Source: Actinomycetes bacterium
GTDB taxonomy: Bacteria > Actinomycetota > Acidimicrobiia > Acidimicrobiales > Ilumatobacteraceae
Assembly (NCBI GenBank): GCA_014190235.1
Contig: BJGC01000008.1
Span: 139 to 64,138, forward strand
Length of the DNA: 64,000 nt
Direction: 5' to 3'
Below are positions 12,080-22,289 of this stretch, one piece after another (the stretch's first letter is position 1; each line of letters begins with the position of its first letter). Both the position numbers and the translations under genes were made by a program. Below the pieces are notes generated by a model, which saw only the letters and a list, made by a program, of their open reading frames with translations, was not told the origin of the DNA and did no database searches.

Positions 12080-12149
12080 GCCTCTATTCTGGCTCTTTTG
12101 GAGGCCGCGGGCACAATGGACAGCCTAATAACGGTAGATTTCATGGGTC

Positions 12150-14258
12150 ATGAGTGGGTCGGAGAGTGTGCTGGGAACTGTCCTTGCAGGGCGGTATCGA
12201 CTGGACCACGTTCGAGTAGATGCCGATTCGGGTCTCACTGTCAAAGGCACCGCACAGTTTGATGCACTCGATCTGTTGTCTCATGAAACTCTCGGTGTGC
12301 GCCTGACCGAACTGGACCGTTTGGTCGATATCTCACTTGGCTCCACGACCCCAGCCGACGCCTTGGCCATGTTTGAGCGCCAATGTCAGACAGCGACATT
12401 GTTGCAACACCCCGTGATTGAGTCGATGCTGGATCACGGTGACGTCACTATTGGCGGCACGCGATACGTCTTCACAGTGGCACAACGTATTGCCGGGGGG
12501 TCATTGCGAGAATTCTTGGATCGAGGTCGTCGTCTGACTCCGTCACAGGCGTTGATTGTGGGCATCGATGTGTGTCGCGCCCTCGATGCAGCCATCCAGC
12601 AAGACATCGTTCACGGAGACATCAGACCGTCAAGACTCGTTTTCGGGCTTGATCGACGCGTGCGAGTTGTGGGGTTTGGTGCGCCACTTCGCGCTGCTGA
12701 CAATTTAGGAATCGAGCAAGCCAATTATGCCGCACCAGAGTTGGCGCAAGGCTCGGGTCGCTCGGCGAGTAGCGATGTGTATTCCTTAGCGCTCACACTT
12801 GTAGAAGCACTCACCGGAATGATTCCGTTTGCCGGTGATTCAGCGGCGGCTGCATTAAGTAATCGAATCGGAAAACTTTTGCCAGTGAACGCGGATTTTG
12901 GAGCATTGGCACAAGTACTTGAGCGCGCAGGTCGACCCGATGCGTCAGAGCGTTTTACGCCTCGCGAATTTGGTCAAGCACTTGTACAAGCAGCAGAAAA
13001 TTTGCCACGTCCAACACCCATTGAGATTGTTGGAACTGGATTATTTGACAACGAAGTTGCCAGCACAGATCCGTCCAAACCAATTGAACGTCCCGTAACA
13101 AAACCACCAACATTTGGTGTGCCGCAAACAGAACAGGGTGCACCAATTATTATTCGGACAACTCCGCTTCTGCCAATGCCAGATATCCATGTCCTGGCGG
13201 GCGCGAGCGTGATGCATGTAGACCCCGTATCACCAGACCCCGTCACGATTGGTCGTGATTCGACAGAACCCACAGTAATTGATGCTGATTTTCTGCGATC
13301 GCTTGAGGCTCAAGACCCCACAAGCCAAACCCCGACTCCCAGAAAACGTCGCTGGAAGAAACGAATTGCGTTCGCTGTTCTTGCCGTGATGGCACTTGCT
13401 GGTGGTGGCACCGTTGCGTACAACACAGTGTTGAATCCATCACACCTAGTTCCAGATTTGTCCGGAATACCAGAAGCCGAAGCACGAAATGTGCTGTCAA
13501 AATATGGCTGGACTGTGCTGGTGTCTAAAGAGCGCAGTGATGTTGTGCAAAAAGATCAGATCATTCGCACCGATCCTGCTGTGGGTGCATCTGTGAAAAA
13601 GCGAGACTCGATAACTTTCTTTGTGTCAGAAGGACCAACGCTGACAGCGCTAGAAGATTTCACTGGCTTGACTGTTGATGCGGCAAGGGCAAAGATTTCC
13701 GAACTTGGATTAGTGCCAGCAACAACCGATTTGGCAGATGAACTCATTGCAATCGGAACAGTGCTCTCGTGGTCTATTCCTGATCAACCAACTCTTAAAG
13801 TGGGAGACACATTGGTGAAGGGCACCACGGTTTCGCTTGTGTTGTCGTCTGGTCCGGCGCCCCGCACGCTTCCTAAATTAGTTGGACTATCAGTTGAAGA
13901 AGCAACGACGATGTTGACTGAGTTGGGCTTAACCGTGACCAATTTAGGAGAATCACCTACGCTCGCAATCGGCCGTGGCCGCATTTACGCCCAACTGCCT
14001 GGTGTCGGCGAAAAAGTGCCACGCGGATCCGCAGTCTTGATCGCTGTCTCCTCAGGACAAAAACAAGTTATCTTGCCTGCGATATACGGACGTACCTTAA
14101 AAGTTGTGCGTGAGCGTTTAGAAAAAGAGGGTCTCATCGTTGGCAAAGTCAGCGGTAACGGTGCCAAGGGCTTGTCGAAGGCACTGGTCAAGGGCAAGGT
14201 GGTGCGCAATTACACCAAAATGCTTCTTGGAAATACCGTTGACCTCGTGTTCCCCTAG
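12150..14258 (+). CDS. PknB-like transmembrane PASTA-domain protein with a degenerate (predicted inactive) Ser/Thr kinase domain
   Basis: 702 aa. The Hanks-kinase scaffold is recognisable (FERQ..LLQHP, YAAPE, DVYSLALTLVEALTGMIPF). The catalytic motifs are changed: no Gly-rich loop, VAVK->LGVR, HRDxKPxN->HGDIRPSR, DFG->GFG. There is a single TM (IAFAVLAVMALAGGG) and four PASTA-like repeats, each ending in S(E/S)GP/SSG. Confidence 0.8.
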   Translation: MSGSESVLGTVLAGRYRLDHVRVDADSGLTVKGTAQFDALDLLSHETLGVRLTELDRLVDISLGSTTPADALAMFERQCQTATLLQHPVIESMLDHGDVTIGGTRYVFTVAQRIAGGSLREFLDRGRRLTPSQALIVGIDVCRALDAAIQQDIVHGDIRPSRLVFGLDRRVRVVGFGAPLRAADNLGIEQANYAAPELAQGSGRSASSDVYSLALTLVEALTGMIPFAGDSAAAALSNRIGKLLPVNADFGALAQVLERAGRPDASERFTPREFGQALVQAAENLPRPTPIEIVGTGLFDNEVASTDPSKPIERPVTKPPTFGVPQTEQGAPIIIRTTPLLPMPDIHVLAGASVMHVDPVSPDPVTIGRDSTEPTVIDADFLRSLEAQDPTSQTPTPRKRRWKKRIAFAVLAVMALAGGGTVAYNTVLNPSHLVPDLSGIPEAEARNVLSKYGWTVLVSKERSDVVQKDQIIRTDPAVGASVKKRDSITFFVSEGPTLTALEDFTGLTVDAARAKISELGLVPATTDLADELIAIGTVLSWSIPDQPTLKVGDTLVKGTTVSLVLSSGPAPRTLPKLVGLSVEEATTMLTELGLTVTNLGESPTLAIGRGRIYAQLPGVGEKVPRGSAVLIAVSSGQKQVILPAIYGRTLKVVRERLEKEGLIVGKVSGNGAKGLSKALVKGKVVRNYTKMLLGNTVDLVFP

Positions 14259-14326
14259 GTCGCATCTCTAATCTGTAGTCAGTGGTGTGACGTTTTGGTT
14301 ACCCATAAATTCAGGGAGACATAATC

Positions 14327-15214
14327 ATGGGTGCACTAGACGGTCGAGTAGCAATTATCACCGGAGCAGGACGTGGCATTGGTCGCGAGCACGCGCTTTT
14401 ATTTGCCCATGAAGGTGCGCAAGTGGTGGTAAACGATTTGGGTGGGGCAAATGACGGGACGGGCAATGACGCCACCCCTGCACAAGAAGTCGTGAATGAA
14501 ATTACTGCGATGGGTGGTCGCGCCATAGCGAACTACGACAATGTCGCAGATTGGGAAGGCGCGCAACGAATGGTAAATATGGCTGTCGAGACATTTGGCG
14601 ATCTTGACATCTTGGTAAATAACGCCGGAATCTTGCGAGACAGACTGTTGGTGAACATGACAGAGGCTGAGTGGGATGCTGTCATTGCAGTGCATCTCAA
14701 GGGTCATTTTGCGCCATCTCGATGGGCCGCTGCATATTGGCGCGAACAGTTCAAAGCCGGAAACACTCGTGCACGTAATTTGGTACACACATCGTCGACA
14801 TCGGGGCTCATGTCGAATCCTGGTCAATCAAATTACGGTGCGGCCAAGACTGGCATCGCCACGTTCTCACAGATTCTGGCCAAAGAACTTTCGCGCTTCA
14901 ATGTTAAGAGCAACTCCATTGCTCCTGCTGCTCGCACGCGATTGACTCTTGCTACTCCTGGTCTTGGCGATCATATTGCTGTTCCGCAAAACGCCGCGAC
15001 ATTTGATGAGTGGGATCCAGCAAACATTTCACCACTTGTTGCGTATTTGGCGTCTGAAGAGTGTGCTTTTACTGGTGAAACATTTTTTGTAAAAGGTGGC
15101 GAAGTCACTCGAGTTCGTTCATGGGAGATGGCGGAGTCTGTTGATCACAAAGACAGATGGAGCGTGGCAGAACTCACAGCGGCCCTCGCCGAAATGGCTG
15201 CCTCACTGCGCTAG
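14327..15214 (+). CDS. SDR-family oxidoreductase (hydroxyacyl-CoA / 3-oxoacyl reductase-like)
   Basis: 295 aa. TGAGRGIGR cofactor motif and the YGAAK catalytic YxxxK. Confidence 0.85.
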   Translation: MGALDGRVAIITGAGRGIGREHALLFAHEGAQVVVNDLGGANDGTGNDATPAQEVVNEITAMGGRAIANYDNVADWEGAQRMVNMAVETFGDLDILVNNAGILRDRLLVNMTEAEWDAVIAVHLKGHFAPSRWAAAYWREQFKAGNTRARNLVHTSSTSGLMSNPGQSNYGAAKTGIATFSQILAKELSRFNVKSNSIAPAARTRLTLATPGLGDHIAVPQNAATFDEWDPANISPLVAYLASEECAFTGETFFVKGGEVTRVRSWEMAESVDHKDRWSVAELTAALAEMAASLR

Positions 15215-15323
15215 ACATGATGTCGTGAATTCCAGCGATAACAGTGGCTCAATCCTTCGTCCACGAGACACGATCACCGTTGAGAATGCTGGAGTCGATG
15301 AAGTCTCGGTAGTTCCGTGGACG

Positions 15324-16727
15324 ATGATGCTCCCGCGCAAGATTGCGCGCAGGGTAGGCATCACTCGTCAGTGGGCAACATTGTCGGTGGTGTTAGGTGG
15401 TCTCTTTGCGACAAGTTTTACGATCACGGTATTGGTTGTGTCGCTTGAGGGAATTGCAACTGACCTACACACATCGGTGAGTGCTCTCAATTGGGCAATC
15501 ATCGGTCCAATGTTGGCATTTGGTGTCGTCGGACCCGCCTATGGCAAAGCTGGCGATCTTTGGGGTCACAAGCGGGTATTTGTGCTGGGACTTTTATTCG
15601 CCGGGTTCTTTGGAATCTTGACGGCAGTTGCATGGAATGCTGCGTCAATGATCACGTTTCGAATCTTGTCAGCGAGTGCTGGATCAGCCACGGGACCGGC
15701 AGCAATGGCATATATTAACCGTTTGTTTGAGCCCCAAGACAGGGTGATGCCGCTGTCACTCTGGAGTTTCACTACAGCAGGTGCACCAGTGTTAGGGGTG
15801 GTATTGGGCGCGCCTCTTGTGGAATCGATTGGGTGGCGAACAATTTTTATTGTGCAGGCGCCGTTATGCATCATCGGAGCAGCTGTCGCATTTTGGTTAT
15901 TACCTCAAACAAGTCGGATGAAGAATGTCAAGTTTGATGTGTGGGGGTCATTGACACTTGGTGGTGGAGCAACGGCAGTGCTGTTCGGAATCAGCAGGGG
16001 CCATGCGTGGGGTTGGACGAGCCCGCGCATAATTATTTCAATCGCACTCGGACTGCTATTGCTGCGTCAATTCGTTCATGTAGAACGCCGTGTTGAGGAA
16101 CCGTTAATGCCACTCTCTTGGTTACGCACTCCCAATATTGCATTTCCTATCATGAGTCAGTCATTGACAAATTTTGCCTATATGGGCGGATTTATTATTG
16201 TGCCACAATTACTCGACAAAGGTTTAGGAATGACAAGTGGCCACATCGGTTGGCTCGTCATTGCGAGACCACTGACGTTTTCGATCGTGGCTCCGTTGGG
16301 AAGTTTTGTCACTATGCGTGTTGGTGAACGAGTGTCGAGCATGGTCGGTGCTGGATTTGTAATGGCTTCAATGGTGTCACTCTCGCTCGTTGGACTCGGA
16401 ACACGAGACGTGTTTATTGCAGGAGCATTGGCATTATCTGGAGTTGGTCTTGGACTTGCGTCACCCGCGCTCACAGCACTTGTTGCCAATGCGGTGGACG
16501 ACAATCATCTTGGAGTCGCTGGAGCCATGCAACAACTCATGAATCAGATGGGCGCGGTGGTGGGTTCAACTGTGATGATTTCAATTCATGAATCCACGAT
16601 GTCGCATGGTGAAATAGAAAGTTTTGGATACGCACTGCTGGCAGGTGCTGTGTGCGCTGGGGCAGGGATGCTTATTGCATCAAAAGTGACATCAACTGAC
16701 CGGAGTGAGTTTAGAAAAATTGCATAG
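15324..16727 (+). CDS. MFS transporter (DHA2/EmrB-like, about 14 TM)
   Basis: Trimmed to the ATG at 15324 (MMLPRKIARR...), downstream of the SDR stop. Many TM helices and MFS-type loops. Confidence 0.8.
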   Translation: MMLPRKIARRVGITRQWATLSVVLGGLFATSFTITVLVVSLEGIATDLHTSVSALNWAIIGPMLAFGVVGPAYGKAGDLWGHKRVFVLGLLFAGFFGILTAVAWNAASMITFRILSASAGSATGPAAMAYINRLFEPQDRVMPLSLWSFTTAGAPVLGVVLGAPLVESIGWRTIFIVQAPLCIIGAAVAFWLLPQTSRMKNVKFDVWGSLTLGGGATAVLFGISRGHAWGWTSPRIIISIALGLLLLRQFVHVERRVEEPLMPLSWLRTPNIAFPIMSQSLTNFAYMGGFIIVPQLLDKGLGMTSGHIGWLVIARPLTFSIVAPLGSFVTMRVGERVSSMVGAGFVMASMVSLSLVGLGTRDVFIAGALALSGVGLGLASPALTALVANAVDDNHLGVAGAMQQLMNQMGAVVGSTVMISIHESTMSHGEIESFGYALLAGAVCAGAGMLIASKVTSTDRSEFRKIA

Positions 16728-16733
16728 AAAGAA

Positions 16734-17141
16734 TTAAGTGGTGATCTCTTTTATTTCTGCTGCAATTTTGATGGCGATCGCGTCTTGGGGCATTGCGGTT
16801 TGCATTCCCATAATTTTCATCATGTCACCCTCAACTTTTATTTTTCCGCCCATGAATGCTTGCATGGTGGCTGCCTGGTCTTGATCAATTAAAAGTTTGC
16901 GCATGGTGTCGTAGTCAGTAATAATTGTTGCATCAGGATTTTCAAGAACACCTAGATCTGTATTGAGTGCACCGCTTGACGTATCCATAAATGCATAGAC
17001 AGTGCCATCACCAAACGGAACTCCCGTAATGGTCTGATTGATCCGAAGGGAGACGGTAATTTTGGCTGCCTCTGCGGCGTATTTTTCGCGGATTGCACGC
17101 GCTGCGGCCATCCAGTCATCAGATAAAAAACTATGTGTCAT
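16734..17141 (-). CDS. SCP2 sterol-binding domain protein
   Basis: 135 aa. N-terminal LSDDWMAAARAI and C-terminal FMGGKIKVEGDMMKIM are typical of SCP-2 family proteins. Confidence 0.75.
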   Translation of the reverse strand: MTHSFLSDDWMAAARAIREKYAAEAAKITVSLRINQTITGVPFGDGTVYAFMDTSSGALNTDLGVLENPDATIITDYDTMRKLLIDQDQAATMQAFMGGKIKVEGDMMKIMGMQTAMPQDAIAIKIAAEIKEITT

Positions 17142-17260
17142 GGTGTTCTCCTTTGAGATGTGGTCTGAACGCTCCCAAACGCTAGTGGCAGATGTGAACG
17201 TTTTGTTAAGCGGACCTAATCAATAGCAATTTTGGGTCGTTTGTCAGCGAGACTAGAGAG

Positions 17261-18835
17261 ATGGCACGAATCCTTGTTTCTGAAGAACTCGCCGAACGCG
17301 GTCTTGATCGACTTCGCCAGGCCGGGCACGATGTGGACGTACAAATAGATCTCACTCCTGAGCAGTTGTGTGTAGCCATTAAAGGGGCACGAGCATTGAT
17401 TGTGCGCTCTGCTACACAAGTAGACGAGGTCTTGCTTGAGGCAGGGTCAGATCTCATCGTGGTGGGACGTGCTGGAGTTGGGCTCGACAACGTTGATGTT
17501 GAAGCTGCGACAAAGCGCGGAGTGATGGTAGCCAATGCTCCTGAATCAAATATCGTGTCAGCGGCAGAGCACACAATGGCGATGTTATTGGCCGTTGCTC
17601 GAAATGTTCCGCAAGCACATGCTGCACTGGTGCAAGGCAGATGGGAGCGAAGCAAATGGGAAGGAGTCGAACTTCTTGACAAGACACTTGCAATCGCTGG
17701 ACTCGGGCGAATTGGAAAACTAGTCGCCCAGCGCGCTGCCGCTTTTGGAATGCGCATTATTGCCTTTGATCCATATGTCTCAGAAGAGCGTGCACGTGCA
17801 ATGAATATTGAGTTGATGGATATCGATCGTCTCATCACAGAAGCAGATTTCTTGACAGTGCATCTACCCAAGAACAAAGAAACAATTGGGCTCATTGGTC
17901 GTGAGATGTTGCTGAAGGCAAAGCCATCATTGCGGGTGATCAATGTTGCACGTGGTGGCATCGTTGACGAGGCAGAACTTGCCGAAGCAATCAAGTCTGG
18001 AGTAATCGCGGGTGCTGCACTTGATGTATTCAATAAAGAACCAACGACTCAATCGCCACTTTTTGGCCTAGACGGCGTGGTTGTCACTCCGCATTTGGGT
18101 GCGAGCACTCGCGAAGCACAAGATAAGGCTGGCGATGACATCGCCGACATGATTAATTTGGCATTGGCCGGGGACTTCGTGCCATATGCCGTCAACATTT
18201 CTGCCGCAGATGCAAACGAAACTCTGAAACCGTTCTTGCCGCTAGCCGAACGTCTTGGTCGATTGTTTGCTTCGATGGCTGGCTCTCAGCCTGGACAACT
18301 CGAAGTTATTGCCACAGGCGAAATCGCTGGCTATGACACTCGCATTTTGACGCTGAGCGCTCTCAAAGGATTCTTCTCGATTGTGCAAAACGATCCAGTG
18401 ACGTATGTCAATGCTCCCCAGATTGCTGCGGCTGAAGGAATAGAAATCAAAGAGACAAAAGTAGCAACTGGTTCTTCTAATAGCGACTATGTCAACTTGG
18501 TGACACTGCGTGCCGGAAGCCATAGCTTGGCAGTGACTCTTGTTGGACCACGACGACAGGCTCGCATCGTGATGGTGGATGACCACATCACTGATATGCC
18601 ACCGTCTGATCACATGTTGGTTGTTCGCAATGATGATCGTCCAGGCGTGATTGGCTTAGTCGGAACATTGCTCGGAAACGCTGGAGTCAATATTGCAGAC
18701 ATGGACGTTGGTCGTGCCCTGACTGCAGGCACAGCACTGATGGTGATTTCGCCGTCGGGTGCAGTGTCAGACGATGTGTTAGATGCTCTTCGTCAAGCGC
18801 CCGGAATCATTGAAGTCACGGCGCTACACGCCTAA
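17261..18835 (+). CDS. serA: D-3-phosphoglycerate dehydrogenase
   Basis: 524 aa. NAD motif GLGRIGKLVA, 2-hydroxyacid dehydrogenase catalytic domain and a C-terminal ACT domain. Confidence 0.92.
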   Translation: MARILVSEELAERGLDRLRQAGHDVDVQIDLTPEQLCVAIKGARALIVRSATQVDEVLLEAGSDLIVVGRAGVGLDNVDVEAATKRGVMVANAPESNIVSAAEHTMAMLLAVARNVPQAHAALVQGRWERSKWEGVELLDKTLAIAGLGRIGKLVAQRAAAFGMRIIAFDPYVSEERARAMNIELMDIDRLITEADFLTVHLPKNKETIGLIGREMLLKAKPSLRVINVARGGIVDEAELAEAIKSGVIAGAALDVFNKEPTTQSPLFGLDGVVVTPHLGASTREAQDKAGDDIADMINLALAGDFVPYAVNISAADANETLKPFLPLAERLGRLFASMAGSQPGQLEVIATGEIAGYDTRILTLSALKGFFSIVQNDPVTYVNAPQIAAAEGIEIKETKVATGSSNSDYVNLVTLRAGSHSLAVTLVGPRRQARIVMVDDHITDMPPSDHMLVVRNDDRPGVIGLVGTLLGNAGVNIADMDVGRALTAGTALMVISPSGAVSDDVLDALRQAPGIIEVTALHA

Positions 18836-18845
18836 CGAGCAACGA

Positions 18846-19646
18846 TTACACCAGCGATGCTGCCGTTGCACGGGCCGCATCATGTGCACCAGATGCGTAG
18901 TCTGTGTCACTTGCATACAAAATTGCGCGAGAAGAATTGACAATCAAACCACGACCCACGCTGTTTGAGCCATGAGTGACAACTGCGTGCGGATCGCCAC
19001 CTTGAGCCCCAACACCAGGAACAAGCAATGTCATATCGCCAACAATCTCGCGAACAAGTTTAAGTTCTTCTGGATACGTGGCCCCGACGACAAGTCCAAC
19101 TTCGCCTTTCGTTGCCCAATCAGTGGCCGCCCGAGTAGCGACGTGTTGGTAGAGGGGTAGGCCATTGCTGACTTGAGACTGAAATTCGCCGCTTCCGACA
19201 TTGGACGTCCGGCATAAAACAAATACACCTTTTCCGGCATGCGCCAAGAAGGGTTCGATGCTGTCTGTGCCTAAATACGGACTAACGGTGACAGCATGTG
19301 CGCCGTATCGATTGAACGCTTCGCGAGCATAAAGTGCTGCAGTGTCTCCGATGTCTCCGCGTTTAGCATCAAGAATCAGTGGAATAGTGGGATGATTGGC
19401 GCGAATATGGTGACAAAGTTCTTCGAGTTGTTTTTCTGCTCCAACTGCTGCGAAGTAGGCAATCTGGGGTTTAAATGCGCAGACAAACTCAGCAGTGGCA
19501 TCAACAATGTCAACGCAAAATCTGGCGATACTGCCAACGTCATTGCGCAGCGCACTCGGAAACTTGTCTGGATCTGGGTCTAGCCCAACACACAACAGCG
19601 AGCCGGTCGCTGCCCAGCGCGCGTTAAGCGTAGAAAGAAAACTCAC
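18846..19646 (-). CDS. pyrF: orotidine 5'-phosphate decarboxylase (type 2)
   Basis: 266 aa. LCVGLDPD and DAKRGDIG motifs. Confidence 0.88.
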   Translation of the reverse strand: MSFLSTLNARWAATGSLLCVGLDPDPDKFPSALRNDVGSIARFCVDIVDATAEFVCAFKPQIAYFAAVGAEKQLEELCHHIRANHPTIPLILDAKRGDIGDTAALYAREAFNRYGAHAVTVSPYLGTDSIEPFLAHAGKGVFVLCRTSNVGSGEFQSQVSNGLPLYQHVATRAATDWATKGEVGLVVGATYPEELKLVREIVGDMTLLVPGVGAQGGDPHAVVTHGSNSVGRGLIVNSSRAILYASDTDYASGAHDAARATAASLV

Positions 19647-19655
19647 GGACGAGTA

Positions 19656-19847
19656 TCAGCCTTCGATCGTGATCGCTGCGGTTGGGCAGAGGTCTGCTGC
19701 TTGAGTTGCCTTCTCGCGCAGTTCTTCGCCGGGGTTTTCTTGCAAGATATAGAGGTATCCATCTTTGCGAACTTCAAAAATCTCCGGAGCGACTTGCGTG
19801 CATGCTCCTGTTGACGCACAAATATCAAAATCAACGCTTACTTTCAT
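19656..19847 (-). CDS. small single-cluster ferredoxin
   Basis: 63 aa. Pattern DFDICASTGAC ... LCPTAAI (Cx5C...CP), as in actinobacterial 3Fe-4S/4Fe-4S ferredoxins. AGGAGG precedes the ATG. Confidence 0.8.
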   Translation of the reverse strand: MKVSVDFDICASTGACTQVAPEIFEVRKDGYLYILQENPGEELREKATQAADLCPTAAITIEG

Positions 19848-19948
19848 CTTGAATCCTCCTGGGTATTCTTTGGTCGATTTGTTGGCCCTGCGTATTGATA
19901 TACAAGGTCTACTTTAAAACTAGTCGCAGAACACGCAAGTTGTGTATT

Positions 19949-21691
<1,743 letters not shown>

Positions 21692-21704
21692 TTAATGAGT
21701 TCGG

Positions 21705-21742
21705 ATAAATAAAAAACCTCCTGGCCAGAGCGCAGGAGGTTT
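21705..21742 (-). terminator. intrinsic terminator hairpin inside the leuA 5' leader (candidate attenuator)
   Basis: The minus strand reads AAACCTCCTG-cgctctggc-CAGGAGGTTT followed by TTTATTTAT. It lies about 65 nt upstream of the leuA ATG, and no upstream minus-strand gene exists for it to terminate. Confidence 0.6.
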
Positions 21743-21770
21743 CGACAACAGCAGTATGGGGCTGTCGCCG

Positions 21771-21806
21771 TCACATAAGTAGGAGGTTCTGGCTCTTGTA
21801 CGTCAC
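21771..21806 (-). CDS. candidate leucine leader peptide (MTYKSQNLLLM)
   Basis: The minus strand reads GTG ACG TAC AAG AGC CAG AAC CTC CTA CTT ATG TGA. The three consecutive Leu codons are at 21777-21785. A TAGTTT (TAnnnT) -10-like hexamer at 21813-21818 ends 6 nt before the GTG, which would make the transcript leaderless. Confidence 0.45.
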   Translation of the reverse strand: MTYKSQNLLLM

Positions 21807-22289
21807 GTCTCTAAACTACACCGAGAAACCGACAAAGCGCCAGAGGGTTTGTGGATCGCGCCGGCGTTGCCACGCGGATACTGCAGTACTTCGTTAGAAC
21901 CCAACACCAGTAAGCGTGTTGGGGGAGAAATCAGGAAATGTCAGATCTCGCGTCTGCCCCGACTGGGGAGTGACGGGTGACGAGATCGTCGAGTTCATCG
22001 CTGAATGCGGGCTCTGTTGGCACTAAGAGTGACTGCCAATCGTAGGGCTGTCCTTTGCGGCCACATGTCTGTGAACCATTACATACTGCATTCATGAATT
22101 ACTCCAAACCTGGGGTGGCTTTGCTCGATGTGTTATCGGGCTCTGACCGTTGATGTTTCCTTTCTGTGCGGAGAGATTCCGCAACAGGCAAAGTGACCAT
22201 ACTTGTTTTGAAAACATTTATCTACTGTCTGACCTATCAGCCGATACTGAGCAGTGAGTCAGCCATTAGGGGATTGTCGCAGGTAGTCT

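Noticed and set aside
14327-17141. An SDR (MFE-2 dehydrogenase-like) and an SCP2-domain protein in the same neighbourhood, considered as a split multifunctional beta-oxidation enzyme.
   Set aside because: The two genes are on opposite strands, separated by an MFS transporter, and not obviously co-transcribed. The link is too speculative to report as a finding.
17206-18033. A long antisense ORF (275 aa) opposite serA. Similar long ORFs lie opposite other genes: 110..772 (meaB), 7742..8389 (membrane protein), 34228..34881 (leuB), 51888..52457 (SDR), 53895..54494 (argJ) and 61017..61574 (glpX).
   Set aside because: Each lies antisense to a gene with strong family motifs. Their translations are Ala/Arg/Ser/Pro-rich and low in complexity, with no recognisable motifs. 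These are typical shadow ORFs.
21746-21754. A second Leu run (CTG CTG TTG, minus strand) just 5' of the leuA-leader terminator, considered as the leader peptide.
   Set aside because: That reading frame has no ATG, GTG or TTG start between the upstream TGA and the run. The GTG-initiated MTYKSQNLLLM ORF is a better candidate. A 43-codon GTG ORF (21774 to the TAG 2 nt before the leuA ATG) reads through the terminator and was also not called.
21796-21897. A plus-strand 33-codon ORF (TTG start 9 nt after AGGAGG at 21781-86) encoding a basic Cys-containing peptide.
   Set aside because: The AGGAGG is simply the complement of the CCTCCT Leu-codon segment of the minus-strand leader. The ORF has no family resemblance and lies antisense to the leuA leader.
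22017-22039. TTGGCAC...TGCCAA, which resembles a sigma-54 -24 element (TGGCAC).
   Set aside because: No TTGC -12 element is present at the required spacing, and actinobacteria generally lack sigma-54. I treated it only as an inverted repeat within the unexplained region.
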